Source: Octopus vulgaris (lineage: Eukaryota). Taken from it: a stretch of DNA of 64,000 nt. Shown here piece after piece: positions 12,916 through 27,317 of the stretch. The stretch covers positions 43,214,001 through 43,278,000 of the forward strand of contig OX597826.1 in the NCBI GenBank assembly GCA_951406725.2, given 5' to 3'. Position numbers and translations under genes: made by a program. A model generated the notes under the pieces. That model was not told the origin of the DNA. It made no database searches and worked only from the letters and a program-made list of their open reading frames with translations. Positions within the stretch are counted from its first letter, which is position 1. Every line of letters starts with the position of its first letter.

Positions 12916-13519
12916 CTGTCAGTATTGGGTGGATGGAAACTATATAGAAGACCGTTGAATGGACTCTACCTAAAATTCAAAGAGTACACACTTTAGCAAG
13001 GAGGGATTTGCAACCAGAATGCAAAGGATCGGTGGCTAGCATTTGTTTTACTTGCAATCATTGTTCAAATGTCGACATATATATTCTGGCTTCACCCAAA
13101 TTAAAACCAATGGACCAACCATTTTCGCAGGTATTCATGTTATGTTCTGTTGTGTATAGTCACCTCATTACATAAACGTCAAGACTAAAGTTTATGAAGA
13201 AGAAGGTGTAACTTGTTTGGCATGGAACCGGAATTTATAGACTGCAATTTAGCTCGACAGATCAGATCTGTCATATAAAAAGACACACAGACAAACACGG
13301 ACGGACGTTTTCAATAGACAGAAGAGGAAAAAGAAAGAGGGAGGGAGAGAGTAATAGGTGTATATCGCTACACAGATGCAAAAACATACAATTCACGTGT
13401 CTTGTCATTTATAAAGTAATGCAGATGTTGTCAGGTGTGAAATGTTCAGTCGCTATATTTTCATGTTGACAGCTTATTAAGGGAATGCCCCACAGCGTAT
13501 ATACATACACATGTGCATA

Positions 13520-13964
<445 letters not shown>

Positions 13965-14190
13965 TGATGTACAGGTATTATATATTAGAAAAATTGAGGT
14001 AATCAGATCAGATGGTTCATATTTGTAGATATTTATTTATATATTACATTTTTTACATATATATCATATCATTCGGATTAGCGCTTGCTCCCATTCTAGT
14101 GGGTTTTCAAATCAAATCAGTTGTGGGTAGTTTGAACCTTTTTATAGTTTCGTAGTAGTGGGTGAGGAGGAAGTGAGACAGAGAGAAAAT

Positions 14191-14194
14191 ATGT

Positions 14195-14274
<80 letters not shown>

Positions 14275-14421
14275 CTGTGTGAAGAAGTGTTATTTCCGTT
14301 GGTCTGCTGGACCCCCTGTGGTTTTATAAGAACTTTGGCTGTCCATTTCAATGTCACTGAGTGTGTGTTGTGCATAGGTTGGCCTGGCAAATGTCATTTG
14401 GGGTCACACTTTCTATGATCA

Positions 14422-14510
<89 letters not shown>

Positions 14511-14527
14511 TGTGTGTGTCTGTGTGT
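14191..14527. repeat. Two (TG)n tracts (14191-14270, 14425-14527)
   Basis: Direct reading. Confidence 0.97.
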
Positions 14528-14770
14528 TTGGAGAAGGGGAGAGAGACAAAAAGAGAAAAGGGAAATATATATATATATATATAATAATAAAAATAAAAAA
14601 TTAAAAAATATAAAAATATATAATAAAATAAAAACAATATATATATAACAAAATATATATATAAAAAAATATAAAGAATAAATAAAAATATAAAGAATAT
14701 AAAATATATAAAAATATATATATAAAAATAAAAATATATAAATAAGGGAGGAAGTGGAGATACACATATA

Positions 14771-15549
14771 TACTTTGATACTTTGATACTTTGATAGGTT
14801 TCGGCCATTATTGGCCCAGGCCATGTCTAACTTAATAGCACCACCTGGTGAAGTCTTTCAAGTCAGAATTTGGGCACTATGGCCCACTCAAGTAGAGAGT
14901 TATTGTTTACAGAGACATATCCGGGTGTAGGGGGTTTATCCGGGATTTCTTGAAGGAATCTGTCCAAAGACTTCTTGAACCCTATAGGGTCAGTTTCTGT
15001 TTTAATGTGTTTTGGTGTAATGTTAAAGAGAGCGGGGCCAATTGAGGTGAAATAATTGTGCCGTATTGTTGTTATGATATGAGAGTGCGATTTTTGTTTT
15101 GGGCGGATGGCACGGGGCCCAAGCCTTGGATGTACCTTAAAGGTGATGCCAACATCATTTGGGCAATGCTGATGGAATATTTTCCACATCATGCAGATGA
15201 TGTAGCGCTCACGACGACGTTGGAGAGAATAGAGTTTTAGCTTTTCTAGTCGACCCCAATAGTCGAGGCCTGTCAATGCCATCTATCTTTTTTGTGATTG
15301 CCCTTTGAGGTGCTTCGACTTTTTTGATACCTTGTATTGTGTGGGGAGACCACAGTGGACAACAGTATTCAAGGTGGGGTCGGGCAAAAGTGGAGAAGAG
15401 AAGGATAATGGTGTGGATATCTCTCGACTGGAAAGTTCTGAGAATCCAGAACACATTCTGCGGGCCATGTCAACTTTGGTGTTTATATGAGTGGCCCAGC
15501 TTACGTTGTTGTCCACAATTACTCCCAAGTCTCTGATGTTGTTGGACAA
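14771..15549 (-). pseudogene. 5'-truncated CR1-clade LINE: ORF2 C-terminus (two frameshifts), 3' UTR and (TATCAAAG)n tail
   Basis: [14 protein letters not shown] / WILRTF...RPHLEYCCPLWSPH...QRAITKKI / LDYWGRLEKLKLYSLQRRRERY...FKKSLDRFL..IPDKP; octamer tail at 14771-14796. Confidence 0.95.
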
Positions 15550-15550
15550 T

Positions 15551-15619
15551 TATATATACATATATCTATAATATATATATATATATATACACATATATAT
15601 ATATATATATACACATATA

Positions 15620-15717
<98 letters not shown>

Positions 15718-15758
15718 TATATATGTATATATATATATATGTATATATATATATACAC

Positions 15759-15816
<58 letters not shown>

Positions 15817-16019
15817 GTATATATATATACATATATATATGTATATATATGTATATATATATATACACATATATATATATATATATATATATATGCATGT
15901 ATGTCTATTTATGTGCTCGTGTTTGCGCATCTGAGTGTGTGTGTGTGTGATGTGTATTTAGCCATACACGCGCGTGCGCACACATACATACACACATGTG
16001 CGGTCTTGCGCTTGCGTGT

Positions 16020-16076
<57 letters not shown>
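15551..16076. repeat. (TA)n-dominated compound microsatellite
   Basis: Direct reading. Confidence 0.97.
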
Positions 16077-16079
<3 letters not shown>

Positions 16080-16098
16080 TTAAAACTGTTTGAAGCGG

Positions 16099-16194
16099 TT
16101 CCATGCTACTTCAAGTTTCGCAGGCCCCTAACGGCTTCTGGAATGCCTTGAAGGGCTTCCGTTAGGGGCGAGCGAAACTTGAAGTAGCACGGAA
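16099..16194. repeat. 36-bp inverted repeat (33/36 matches, 24-nt spacer) overlapping a hammerhead-like motif
   Basis: TTCCATGCTACTTCAAGTTTCGCAGGCCCCTAACGG versus reverse complement of CCGTTAGGGGCGAGCGAAACTTGAAGTAGCACGGAA. Confidence 0.9.
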
Positions 16195-16371
16195 TTTCAT
16201 CAAATTGTTTCAAATAATACGTGTAACTCCTACTTATTGTGTTACGTGCCTTTTTCTTTCGTTTGTCTACTCACTCGTGTATATATATATATAATATATA
16301 TACACACACACACACTGATATATGTGTCAATGAATAACAAACGAACAGGTGTTACATAATCAACTGCATAA

Positions 16372-16461
16372 GATTACAGCTGTTTCTGCTCCAAAAAGCA
16401 ATGCACTCAGAGCTGTGTGCTTGCTAAGAGCTTGTGCAATATCTTGAAGCTTTGTCAGATC
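16372..16461 (-). ncRNA. Type I hammerhead-ribozyme-like motif with long stem II (probable PLE pLTR relic)
   Basis: GAT CTGACAA A GCTTCAAGA...TTTTGGAGC A GAAAC AGCT GTA ATC; stems I, II and palindromic stem III all pair; core G8 is A. Confidence 0.65.
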
Positions 16462-16529
16462 CTGTCCAATGAAGACGATTATGTAATGCCCATTCTTTTG
16501 TCATTTATTAATTGATACTGTGTTAATTT

Positions 16530-17155
16530 TTGGTGAACGGCCAGACATTTCGGGGGAGGGAATAAGTCGATTACATAGACCCCAGTGTTCAACTAGTGCT
16601 TACTTTATTGATATCGAATTGATGAAAGGCAAGGTCGATCTCGGCGGAATTTGAACTCAGAACGTAAAGACGGATGAAACGCCGCTAAGCATTCTGCCCG
16701 GCGCGATAACGATTCTGCCAGCTCACCACCTTCATTAATTAATTAATATTATGCTTTGTACTTTACGTTCTAAGTTCAAATTCCGCTGTGGTCGACTTTG
16801 CCTTTCATCTTTTCGGGGTCGATGAAATAAGTACCTATTTCTTTACTACCCACAAGGGGCTAAACACAGAGGAGACAAACAAGGACAAAAAAACGGATTA
16901 ATTCGATTACATCGACCCCAGTGCGTAACTGGTACTTAATTTATCGACCCCTAAAGGATGAAAGGCAAAGTTGACCTCGTTGGAATTTGAACTCAGAGCG
17001 TAACGGCAGACGAAATACGGCTACGCATTTCGCCCGGCGTGCTAACGTTTCTGCCAGCTCGCCGCCTTGATGAAATAAGTACCAATTGAGTACTGGTGTC
17101 GATGTAATCAACTATACCCCTCTTCCAAAATTCAGGCCTTGTGCCTATAGTAGAA
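16530..17155. mobile_element. Cluster of group 2 SINEs, including a full-length minus-strand copy (16836-17068) nested in a plus-strand copy
   Basis: 15-bp TSD GATGAAATAAGTACC at 16821-16835 and 17069-17083. Confidence 0.9.
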
Positions 17156-17283
17156 AGCAATATTATGCTCTGTACTCTCCCGAACTTTCAGTCTAAAGCA
17201 TAAGAATATTGAGTTCAAGAACTGAGTATTAGTATTGCTTTGCCATAACTAAATCATAATAACTCCGCTTTACACACACAGAG

Positions 17284-17520
17284 GGACTTCATCGGTTGCG
17301 ACGACGAGGATTCCAGTTGATTCGATCAATGAAACAGCCTGCTCGTGGAATTATCGTGCAAGTGGCTGAGCACAGACACGTGTACCCTTAATGGAACTGA
17401 CAGGGAGAGACACAGAATATGACAAGGCTGGTCCTTTTGAATTACAGGTACAACCCAATTTTGCCAGCTGAGTGAACTGGAGCAATGTGAAATAAAGTGT
17501 TTTGCTGAAGGACACAACAT
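17284..17520 (-). mobile_element. SINE group 3: head-B body + tail X (tRNA head lost)
   Basis: TTGTGTCCTTCAGCAAAACACTT...CAGCTGGCAAAA (as 48900-48960) joined to the tail shared with 54694-54880. Confidence 0.8.
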
Positions 17521-17887
17521 CCGTTCTGTTTGTGTGTCTGTCTGTGTGTCTTCTAGGATCTCGGGCATCCTGCATCCGATTGCGCTCAAATTTGATATGT
17601 AGATACCGACGGTATCAGGGCGTGTATAAGTCTTGAAAAAAATTACAAAAATCGATTCCAGGTGAGAATGCGATCGATAAAGCCGTGGGAACGTGCATTT
17701 GTACGCGCAAGTATATCAGCTGTTGCGATCGATACTACGCGTACGTGAGAAAAATGCACGTGCAGTTATATAAAATCCGTTAAATCAGTGTTCCTCAAAG
17801 GGACGGTCGGACAAGTTGTTTTGAGAAAATTTGGTTTAAATGTTTGACAACTCAGCACAGTCCATTTAACGGGGGGCGCTTTGCTCG
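17521..17887 (+). mobile_element. Non-autonomous Helitron-like element, family B (5'-truncated)
   Basis: (GTCT/GT)n then CCGATTGCGCTCAAATTTG motif typical of Helitron/HINE 5' regions; 3' imperfect hairpin CCATTTAACGG then CTCG|T (degenerate CTAG|T). Confidence 0.55.
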
Positions 17888-17901
17888 TATATATATATAT
17901 A

Positions 17902-18265
17902 TCTCTCTCTATATAAACGGCAGTTTGTCTGTGCGTGTTTCTGTGTGTCTGTTTGCTTGTACCCTCACCCGACACGGCTTTCAACCGATTCTGATAAACT
18001 TGACACACACAGCCCAATGTCATAATTCAAAACTAACGCAGCGAAAATTTTGAAAAGTTCCCCCAGTTCTGAAAAAAATCGATAAATTCGACATGGGGTC
18101 GAGAATCAGAAACCAAACCACAGACCGTCTAGGGGACGCAACTCCACGTTTTTAACTCTCAAAAAATTTACCATCATTTTTTTTCTATTTTTTGGCTATA
18201 ACTCTCTAAAAATGCTTTATAGTTATTTCCCTTACAAACCTGAGCAACGCCGGGCGATACTGCTA

Positions 18266-18266
<1 letters not shown>
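17902..18266 (+). mobile_element. Non-autonomous Helitron, family A, copy 1
   Basis: A|TC start, 3' hairpin CCTG-AGCAACGC-CGGG 8 nt before CTAG|T; near-identical to 36961-37342 and 38705-39089. Confidence 0.88.
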
Positions 18267-18318
<52 letters not shown>

Positions 18319-18366
18319 ACATAGTAAAATGCGAGCAAGGGAAATAATATTCTTAAGATTATAAAC

Positions 18367-18445
18367 CTGGAAAAGTACAGGACAATTTATTACACTTGTA
18401 AAAGTTCAGGACAAGATATTACATCTGGTAAAGTACAACACAAGA
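18367..18445. repeat. Three diverged ~29-bp tandem units
   Basis: AAAGTACAGGACAA / AAAGTTCAGGACAA / AAAGTACAACACAA. Confidence 0.6.
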
Positions 18446-19075
18446 AAATTTTTACTTAAAATATTGGAGCTAAGGATAAAATTTCAAATAAAATATTTAG
18501 ATTTAGAAAATATTAGCTTTTATTAAAACTTGAAATTTTATTACAATTTATTACTTCTATTTGTTATTACTTGTTACTGCTATTAAAAATTAAAAAAAGA
18601 TAACTCAAAATAATTTTTGCACTTTAAAAAAATTAATTTTTTTAATTATTAATTAATAATTAGGAATTTGAAAATAGGTTATAAAAAATAATAATTGTAC
18701 ATAATTAGTACAATAAATAGAATTTATTTTACAAAAAGATTTGTAAAATAACGAATGACTTTTATAGAGAAAGGAGACAGAAAAGTGTAGTAGTCAAAAT
18801 TGTGTTAGGAAGTAGAGGGAAGAGGGTTGAAATACATGGGTGAATATGTGCAATAATTGCAAGAAATACGTGTGTGGCTGCATAAAACATACAATGTATA
18901 TACATTGGAGATCTGCAGAATATATATAAACTATACTCAAATAAAAGTAGGAATTTATGTATATATTTATGTGCACGCATATTTATGTGTGTGCATAGTT
19001 TCTTTTATTGAACTTAAAACAGAGTTTGTTTCGTGATTTAAGTTTCATGCTACTGCGATCTTCAGGCGAGATTAT

Positions 19076-19144
<69 letters not shown>

Positions 19145-19146
<2 letters not shown>

Positions 19147-19290
19147 AACCAGAGACACGGTGAGCTTCCGGAGGCTTCTTTAAGCGTTGGTGGAAGCTGA
19201 AGGCGATTATTTCGAGTAAACTGTTATCTCCCAGCTACAATCTAGTAAATACTTTCTGATTTTCAAAAATACTTTTATTATGTACTGTAG
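19145..19290 (+). pseudogene. DD37D/maT-like transposase extreme C-terminus and 3' flank
   Basis: ALVEAEGDYFE* followed by sequence homologous to 21450-21520. Confidence 0.6.
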
Positions 19291-19637
19291 GATATTATGT
19301 TTTTCTTTCCCGAAGCTACCAAAAAAGATATAAATACCATAGTACCTTAGTACTTTGTCAACAAAAAACTGCTCGATTCCTTAGGGAGTGTACAAAATGA
19401 ATAAAAATAATTATTCCAGGCTGTTGACCTTGTACAATTAGTATGAGTCATGATTTTGTTTGAATTTCTATATGAAGTTGTCGATGTGGACCTCAATAAT
19501 ACTAGTTTATCCATACGAGCGCGAGCACACACATACACACACATACACGTATATGTATATATATATACATATGTATATATACACACAGACTCACGCGCGC
19601 GCACACACGTAATATATACATACATATATACATACCC

Positions 19638-19670
<33 letters not shown>

Positions 19671-20100
19671 CACATGAATACAATGTTTTCGCAATCATAC
19701 TCGTACGCTTACAAATGCATTCGTACGATGCATATGACTTCGTGTGTGCGAATGCATTTATATTAATTAAATTATTGTGTTTACAGTTTAACTCAAACTG
19801 TCCATCACTTAAAGTTTCTTACTACTGAATGGTTCCAATTACGGTAATAATTTGACAACTTCCACCTGCGTACGCCATTTTAAATTAGTCTTCGTTTGTA
19901 TTCTCTTCCGTACTTTCACTTTGTTCGTGACAGTACCAACAACCTCGGTCTCCCACACGCACGCATGTACGCCCATCACAGGCACACACACGCATACACA
20001 CAGAGACATACACATGTTACATAGATATATAGATGCGTAAGCATTCACACACATATATGCATGTGTATATAAATCCATGCATGTAATGTGTACGTGCGCG

Positions 20101-20500
<400 letters not shown>

Positions 20501-20509
20501 TGGCTTTGC

Positions 20510-21580
20510 GATTACCGTAAAGGCCGTACGACTACAGCTGCAACGGAGAATACGAAGCCGTGTCCAGCAGGAAGAGATAGATAATGCAGGCGTGCTGACT
20601 GCATCCAGACGTCGGAATTCATCAAACAATTGATGAACAGGTCCTTAGTTTCATTTCAGATTGCTATGTGAAGCTGCTGAAGGCTGTGACCAAACCCTAG
20701 ATGGAGACGGGTTTTGCTGGAAGGCGGTATATATGGCTGCAGGGTTCGGTTCCTTGCCATACCACGGGAGAGAGCCAGAAGGAGTTGTCAGAGAATTTCA
20801 AATTTCACCTGCCCCAATTTCTGGTCTCCTAACTTCCCTTGGTTGTAATATTGTAATATTTCAGCTACGGTAGTAGTTGAATAATATTCTTAAGGCCGTA
20901 ATTTACTCACATGCAGCAGATTTCAGAGCTTGTCTCTAATTCTATTCTTAGCTAAACTGGAACCGTTTAGCATTTTTGAAGACGGCTAGTCCCTAGCTAC
21001 ATTGTGGCATAAAAAATTGAGATTTGGTCCAGTAGAAAAAAGTTTACATCAAAATTTGTAGCAACGTTACAGGAGAGTAAGTAACGCCTCCAATCAAGTT
21101 TAGATCTAAATAACGTTTTTATTTTAAAAGCAAAATATATTTATCTTAGCTTCAATAATTGAAGAAAGCATGAGGAATTTCATAGTTTTAGGTCTATGCA
21201 ACAAAAATTTGTATAAAGTTGTGAGGTAAAATATTATGAAAAAATATATAACTAAGGCAAAAAATTGGGTTACAATATGTGGGGCGCAGTTGAGAAACAT
21301 ACCAACCATGCTGCCTGCAACATCAAGGCCGATCTGGTGGCCGACATCAAAGAGGTGTGCGATGATCTTCCTAGGGATACAGCGAGGAACGCAATGCGTC
21401 AGAATACGGAACCGCCTTGTAATTGTGGAGGAAATGCGGGTGGCTACTTTGAGCAAACAGTTATCTCCAAGGCATAATCTAGTTGATATTATTTAATTTT
21501 GTAAATTACCTTTCTTTTTGGATGTATTATGTGTTTTGTTTTCCTTTTATGCAAACTGTCAAATTTATCCTGCCCCGCCC
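20510..21580 (+). mobile_element. Internally deleted DD37D/maT-like Tc1/mariner element interrupted by a nested insertion
   Basis: DCIQTSEFIKQL / YVKLLKAVTKP*METGFAGRRYIWLQGSVPCHT..SQKELSENF / FWSPNFP (20620-20848) resumes as WGAVEKHTN..CNIKADLVADIKEV / NAGGYFE (21279-21455). Confidence 0.75.
20851..21276. mobile_element. Putative non-autonomous DNA element nested in the DD37D relic
   Basis: TA|TTGTAA ... TTACAA|TA ends; interrupts the WPPNSPD..DYYVW motif. Confidence 0.5.
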
Positions 21581-21754
21581 CTCTCCCCACTCGCACACAC
21601 ACACACACATACACACACGTTCGTTTAAAATCATATTCAACATGTTCAAACGTTCAAGTGCATTCGGAAGAGAGGGAACCCTGCTCAGCGGAGAAAATTT
21701 TCCTTATAAACGTACGTGAAAACACAAGATGGCTGTGCATGAAGCCATATATAT

Positions 21755-22092
21755 ATATATATATCTTGTCCTGTCTTTTACTGTTTATATTTTGTACTGT
21801 CGTTACTGTCCTGTTTTTGTTACCATTTTTACCCCTCCGCAAAAAGATCTCAAATTTTATTTAATTTGCTTTTCGCGGGAAGGAAAGTTTCTATCGAAGA
21901 TGCGTATCGCCTTCACCTTCGAAAACGCAGAGTAGATGAAACCATGGCGACTGAAGAAGGGGAATTTTCCTTGTGTTATTTGTCCTGTACTCTATTTTTT
22001 CGTTGTTTAAGAAAAATGTCCAGTTCCTTGGTTTTGTGTTTATGTTTTTGTTTCTCATTGTGTTCAGCATTTTTTCTGAGTCCTGTACCCAT
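21755..22092 (+). mobile_element. Unclassified repeat (possibly PLE pLTR-type) with structured RNA motif
   Basis: Homologous to 45121-45323 (ACCTTCGAAA...CTGAWGAAGGGGAAT...TGTACTCT..TTTTTTCGTTGTT...GTCCTGTAC). Confidence 0.6.
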
Positions 22093-22171
22093 ATATGTGT
22101 GTATATATACATGTAGAGGTAGGTACGTACATATATGTATGTATATATGCATATGTTTTATTTATTAATTC

Positions 22172-22230
<59 letters not shown>

Positions 22231-22249
22231 CATACATACAAACATATAC

Positions 22250-22291
<42 letters not shown>

Positions 22292-22564
22292 CAATTCGAG
22301 GATGGCAAGTCCTCATTAGGGATTAAATAATCCAAAAGTTTCACTGGTTAATTATGGAATATAATTAATTTATTTGTATGATATTATGAGGTTAGAAGTT
22401 TTTTTAATAAAAAAACAATAAAAATAAATTATAAAATATAACGCTAAAAAAACAGAAATAGTAGATGTCAAAAAAACCTATGTATATGTTTCGATTACCC
22501 TAAGTAATTCGTAATTCTAGGCATTTGGGTAGGGTCAAATTTTAAGAATTTATTCTTTTATTCT

Positions 22565-22772
22565 TTTACGTGTTTCAGTCATTTGATTGTGGCCATGCTG
22601 GAGCACCGCGTTTTAGTCGAGGAAATCGACCCCAGGACTTGTTCTTTGTAAGCCTAGTACTTATTCTATCGGTTCTTTTGCCGAACTACTAAGTTACGGG
22701 GACATAAACACACCAGGATCGGTTGCCAAGCGATGTTGGGGGCCAAACACAGACACACAAACATATATACAC

Positions 22773-22845
<73 letters not shown>

Positions 22846-23015
22846 CATATATATGACGGGCTTCTTTCAGCTTCCGTCTACAAAATCCACTCACAAGGCT
22901 TTAGATGGTCCGAGGCTATAGTAGAAGACACTTACCCAAGGTGCCACGCAGTGGGACTGAGCCCGGAACCATGTGGCTGGTTAGCAAGCTACTTACCACA
23001 CAGCCACTCCTACGC
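22565..23015 (-). mobile_element. SINE group 1, full length
   Basis: Near-identical to 3826-4212. Confidence 0.92.
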
Positions 23016-23246
23016 CTCACTATTTTCAACTATGTGGGGAAGAATCTCATCAGGGGTGAGCTTACACAACAAAGGTTAACATATTTCTTGAAGGGATGCA
23101 GACAAAGTGTATGTGTTTGTGTGGGTGTACTATTCATGCAAATTCTTCTGACGTGCGCCGTTTCAGGTTATCACTCAATTCCTATGCGAAACTTATCTGT
23201 AAAGTCGGTTGAAATAAATCTGCAATAACGTATAGAATGAATAACC

Positions 23247-24600
<1,354 letters not shown>

Positions 24601-25698
24601 CATGTATTATCTTCACACGCAGAATATCTATCGTGAAATAATGTCAGTATGCCAATTTAAAGCTCAATATAATATAATTTTTTTAAAGTCATTTACCATA
24701 ACACAATTATCAAAGAAATAATATATTCCAATTGATTCTCAAATTATACATTGAACAAATCTTCAAAAGAATCCCATATAATCTATATTCTCTGTAATGT
24801 TTGGCTAAGCAACATTTCTTTGAAGCTAATTCGACTACAACTTACGTTATTCAAATTTTGCTGTACTTACATACTAGCTTACGACCTAGGTCACTGCTGA
24901 ATTGGGTGCTGTAAATCTGTGGTATTTGGATACCACAACAGTTGTAAGATGTTCTGGTAGATTCGAACGTAAATGTGCTAATCGCTGTTGTAGTTTGCCA
25001 CTAGAGAACAACTTTAGGCAAGCTGTGTATAGAGCTCGTTCTGTTTATTGAGATTAAAGAACTTTGAAACGTCCTGTACGGGCAGAACAGTGAAAAATCA
25101 GAAGAACGACCTTCATGTTCACTCTAAATTAATTCGTTGTGGTAGATTCGCTGTTGTATTTCGTCTGCGGAGAGTAATTTCCCCTTTCAGGCAATGTATT
25201 TTCCCTTACACACCTTGATGTAAGGGAATTTTGAGACACCGCGGCGTTTCGTTTCGGTTTGCTCGTCTTTCTTTAGTGAAAAACTAACACTGAATCAATG
25301 AAACTAAAAAAGAATTGAGGCTTTTGTTTATAGAAACCAGTTAACGAGCTATTTCTTGGAACGTGCCAATATATCTGTCAAGCCTACAATAAATCGTCAT
25401 GTGCAAAACGAACAGCGGAAAACAAAACCATGATTTTTTAATATGTTCTGGCATGTCCGAACTTGAGTATGCTAATCGATGTTGTAGTTTGTCTATGAAG
25501 AACAACTTTCCCTTTCAGGCAACGTGTGTTCAAAACTCACTCAATTCATTGAGGTAAAAAAACTTTGGGCAGTACCATGATGTTTCGACCTGCTTGTGTC
25601 TCTTCTATCAGAAAACACATAATTGAAAGGAAAAGTTATTCTCCAAAGAGGGTATGCAACAGTGACTTGCATATTCATGCTATACGTATACTCATTTA

Positions 25699-25954
25699 CT
25701 CTTTTACTTGTTTCAGTCATTTGACCGCGGCCATGCTGGAGCACCGCCTTTTAGTTGAGCAAATCGATCCCAGGACTTATTTTTTTGTAAGCCTAGTACT
25801 TATTCTATCGGTCTCTTTGGCCGAACCGCTAAGTTACTGGGACGTAAACACACCAACATCGGTGGTCAAGCGATGTTGGGAGGACAAATACAGACACACA
25901 AACACACACATACACACACACATGCGCGCACACACATGCACACACACACACACA

Positions 25955-25988
<34 letters not shown>

Positions 25989-26038
25989 TATATACGACGG
26001 GCTTCTTTCAGTTTTCGCCTACCAAATCCACTCACAAG
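25699..26038 (-). mobile_element. SINE group 1 lacking its tRNA head; seed of the adjacent tandem array
   Basis: Matches 3826-4092, then diverges at CCACTCACAAG|TTCTGG. Confidence 0.9.
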
Positions 26039-26473
26039 TTCTGGGACTCGAGGCAGAAATATCAAGGCTTGATGATGATGGTAATGATGATGATGATGAT
26101 GATATATACCCCTGTAGCTCCTGTTGACTCTAGTTCCCATATTATATATTTTTTATTACTCCTCACCCACACACACATATAGATATATACGACGGGCTTC
26201 TTTCAGTTTTCGCCTACCAAATCCACTCACAAGTTCTGGGACTCGAGGCAAAAATATCAGTTGTTTGATGGTGATAATGATGATGATGATGATGATGATG
26301 ATATATACCCCTGTAGCTCCTGTTGACTCTAGTTCCCATATTATATATTTTTTTATCACTCCTCACCCACACACGTATACATATATACGACGGGCTTCTT
26401 TCAGTTTTCGCCTACCAAATCCACTCACAAGTTCTGGGACTCGAGGCAAAAATATCAAGGTTTGATGATGATA

Positions 26474-26511
<38 letters not shown>

Positions 26512-27275
26512 ATATACCCTTGTAGCTCCTGTTGACTCTAGTTCCCATATTATATATTTTTTTATCACTCCTCACCCACACACACATATAGATATATACG
26601 ACGGGCTTCTTTCAGTTTCCGCCTACCAAATCCACTCACAAGTTCTGGGACTCGAGGCAAAAATATCAAGGCTTGATGATGATGGTAATGATGATGATGA
26701 TGATGATATATACCCCTTTAGCTCCTGTTGACTCTAGTTCCCATATTATATATTTTTTATCACTCCTCACCCACACACACATATAGATATATACGACGGG
26801 CTTCTTTCAGTTTTCGCCTACCAAATCCACTCACAAGTTCTGGGACTCGAGGCAAAAATATCAAGGATTGATGATGATAATGATGATGATGATGATGAGG
26901 AGGAGGATGATGATATATATCCCTGTAGCTCCTGTTGACTCTAGTTCCCATATTATATATTTTTTATCACTCCTCACCCACACACACATATAGATATATA
27001 CGACGGGCTTCTTTCAGTTTTCGCTTACCAAATCCACTCACAAGTTCTGGGACTCGAGGCAAAAATATTAAGGATTGATGATGATAATGATGATGATGAT
27101 GAGGAGGAGGATGATGATATATACCCCTGTAGCTCCTGTTGACTCTAGTTCCCATATTATATACTTTTTATCACTCCTCACCCACACACACATACATATA
27201 TACGACGGGCTTCTTTCAGTTTTCGCCTACCAAATCCACTCACAAGTTCTGGGACTCGAGGCAGAAACATCAAGG

Positions 27276-27317
<42 letters not shown>

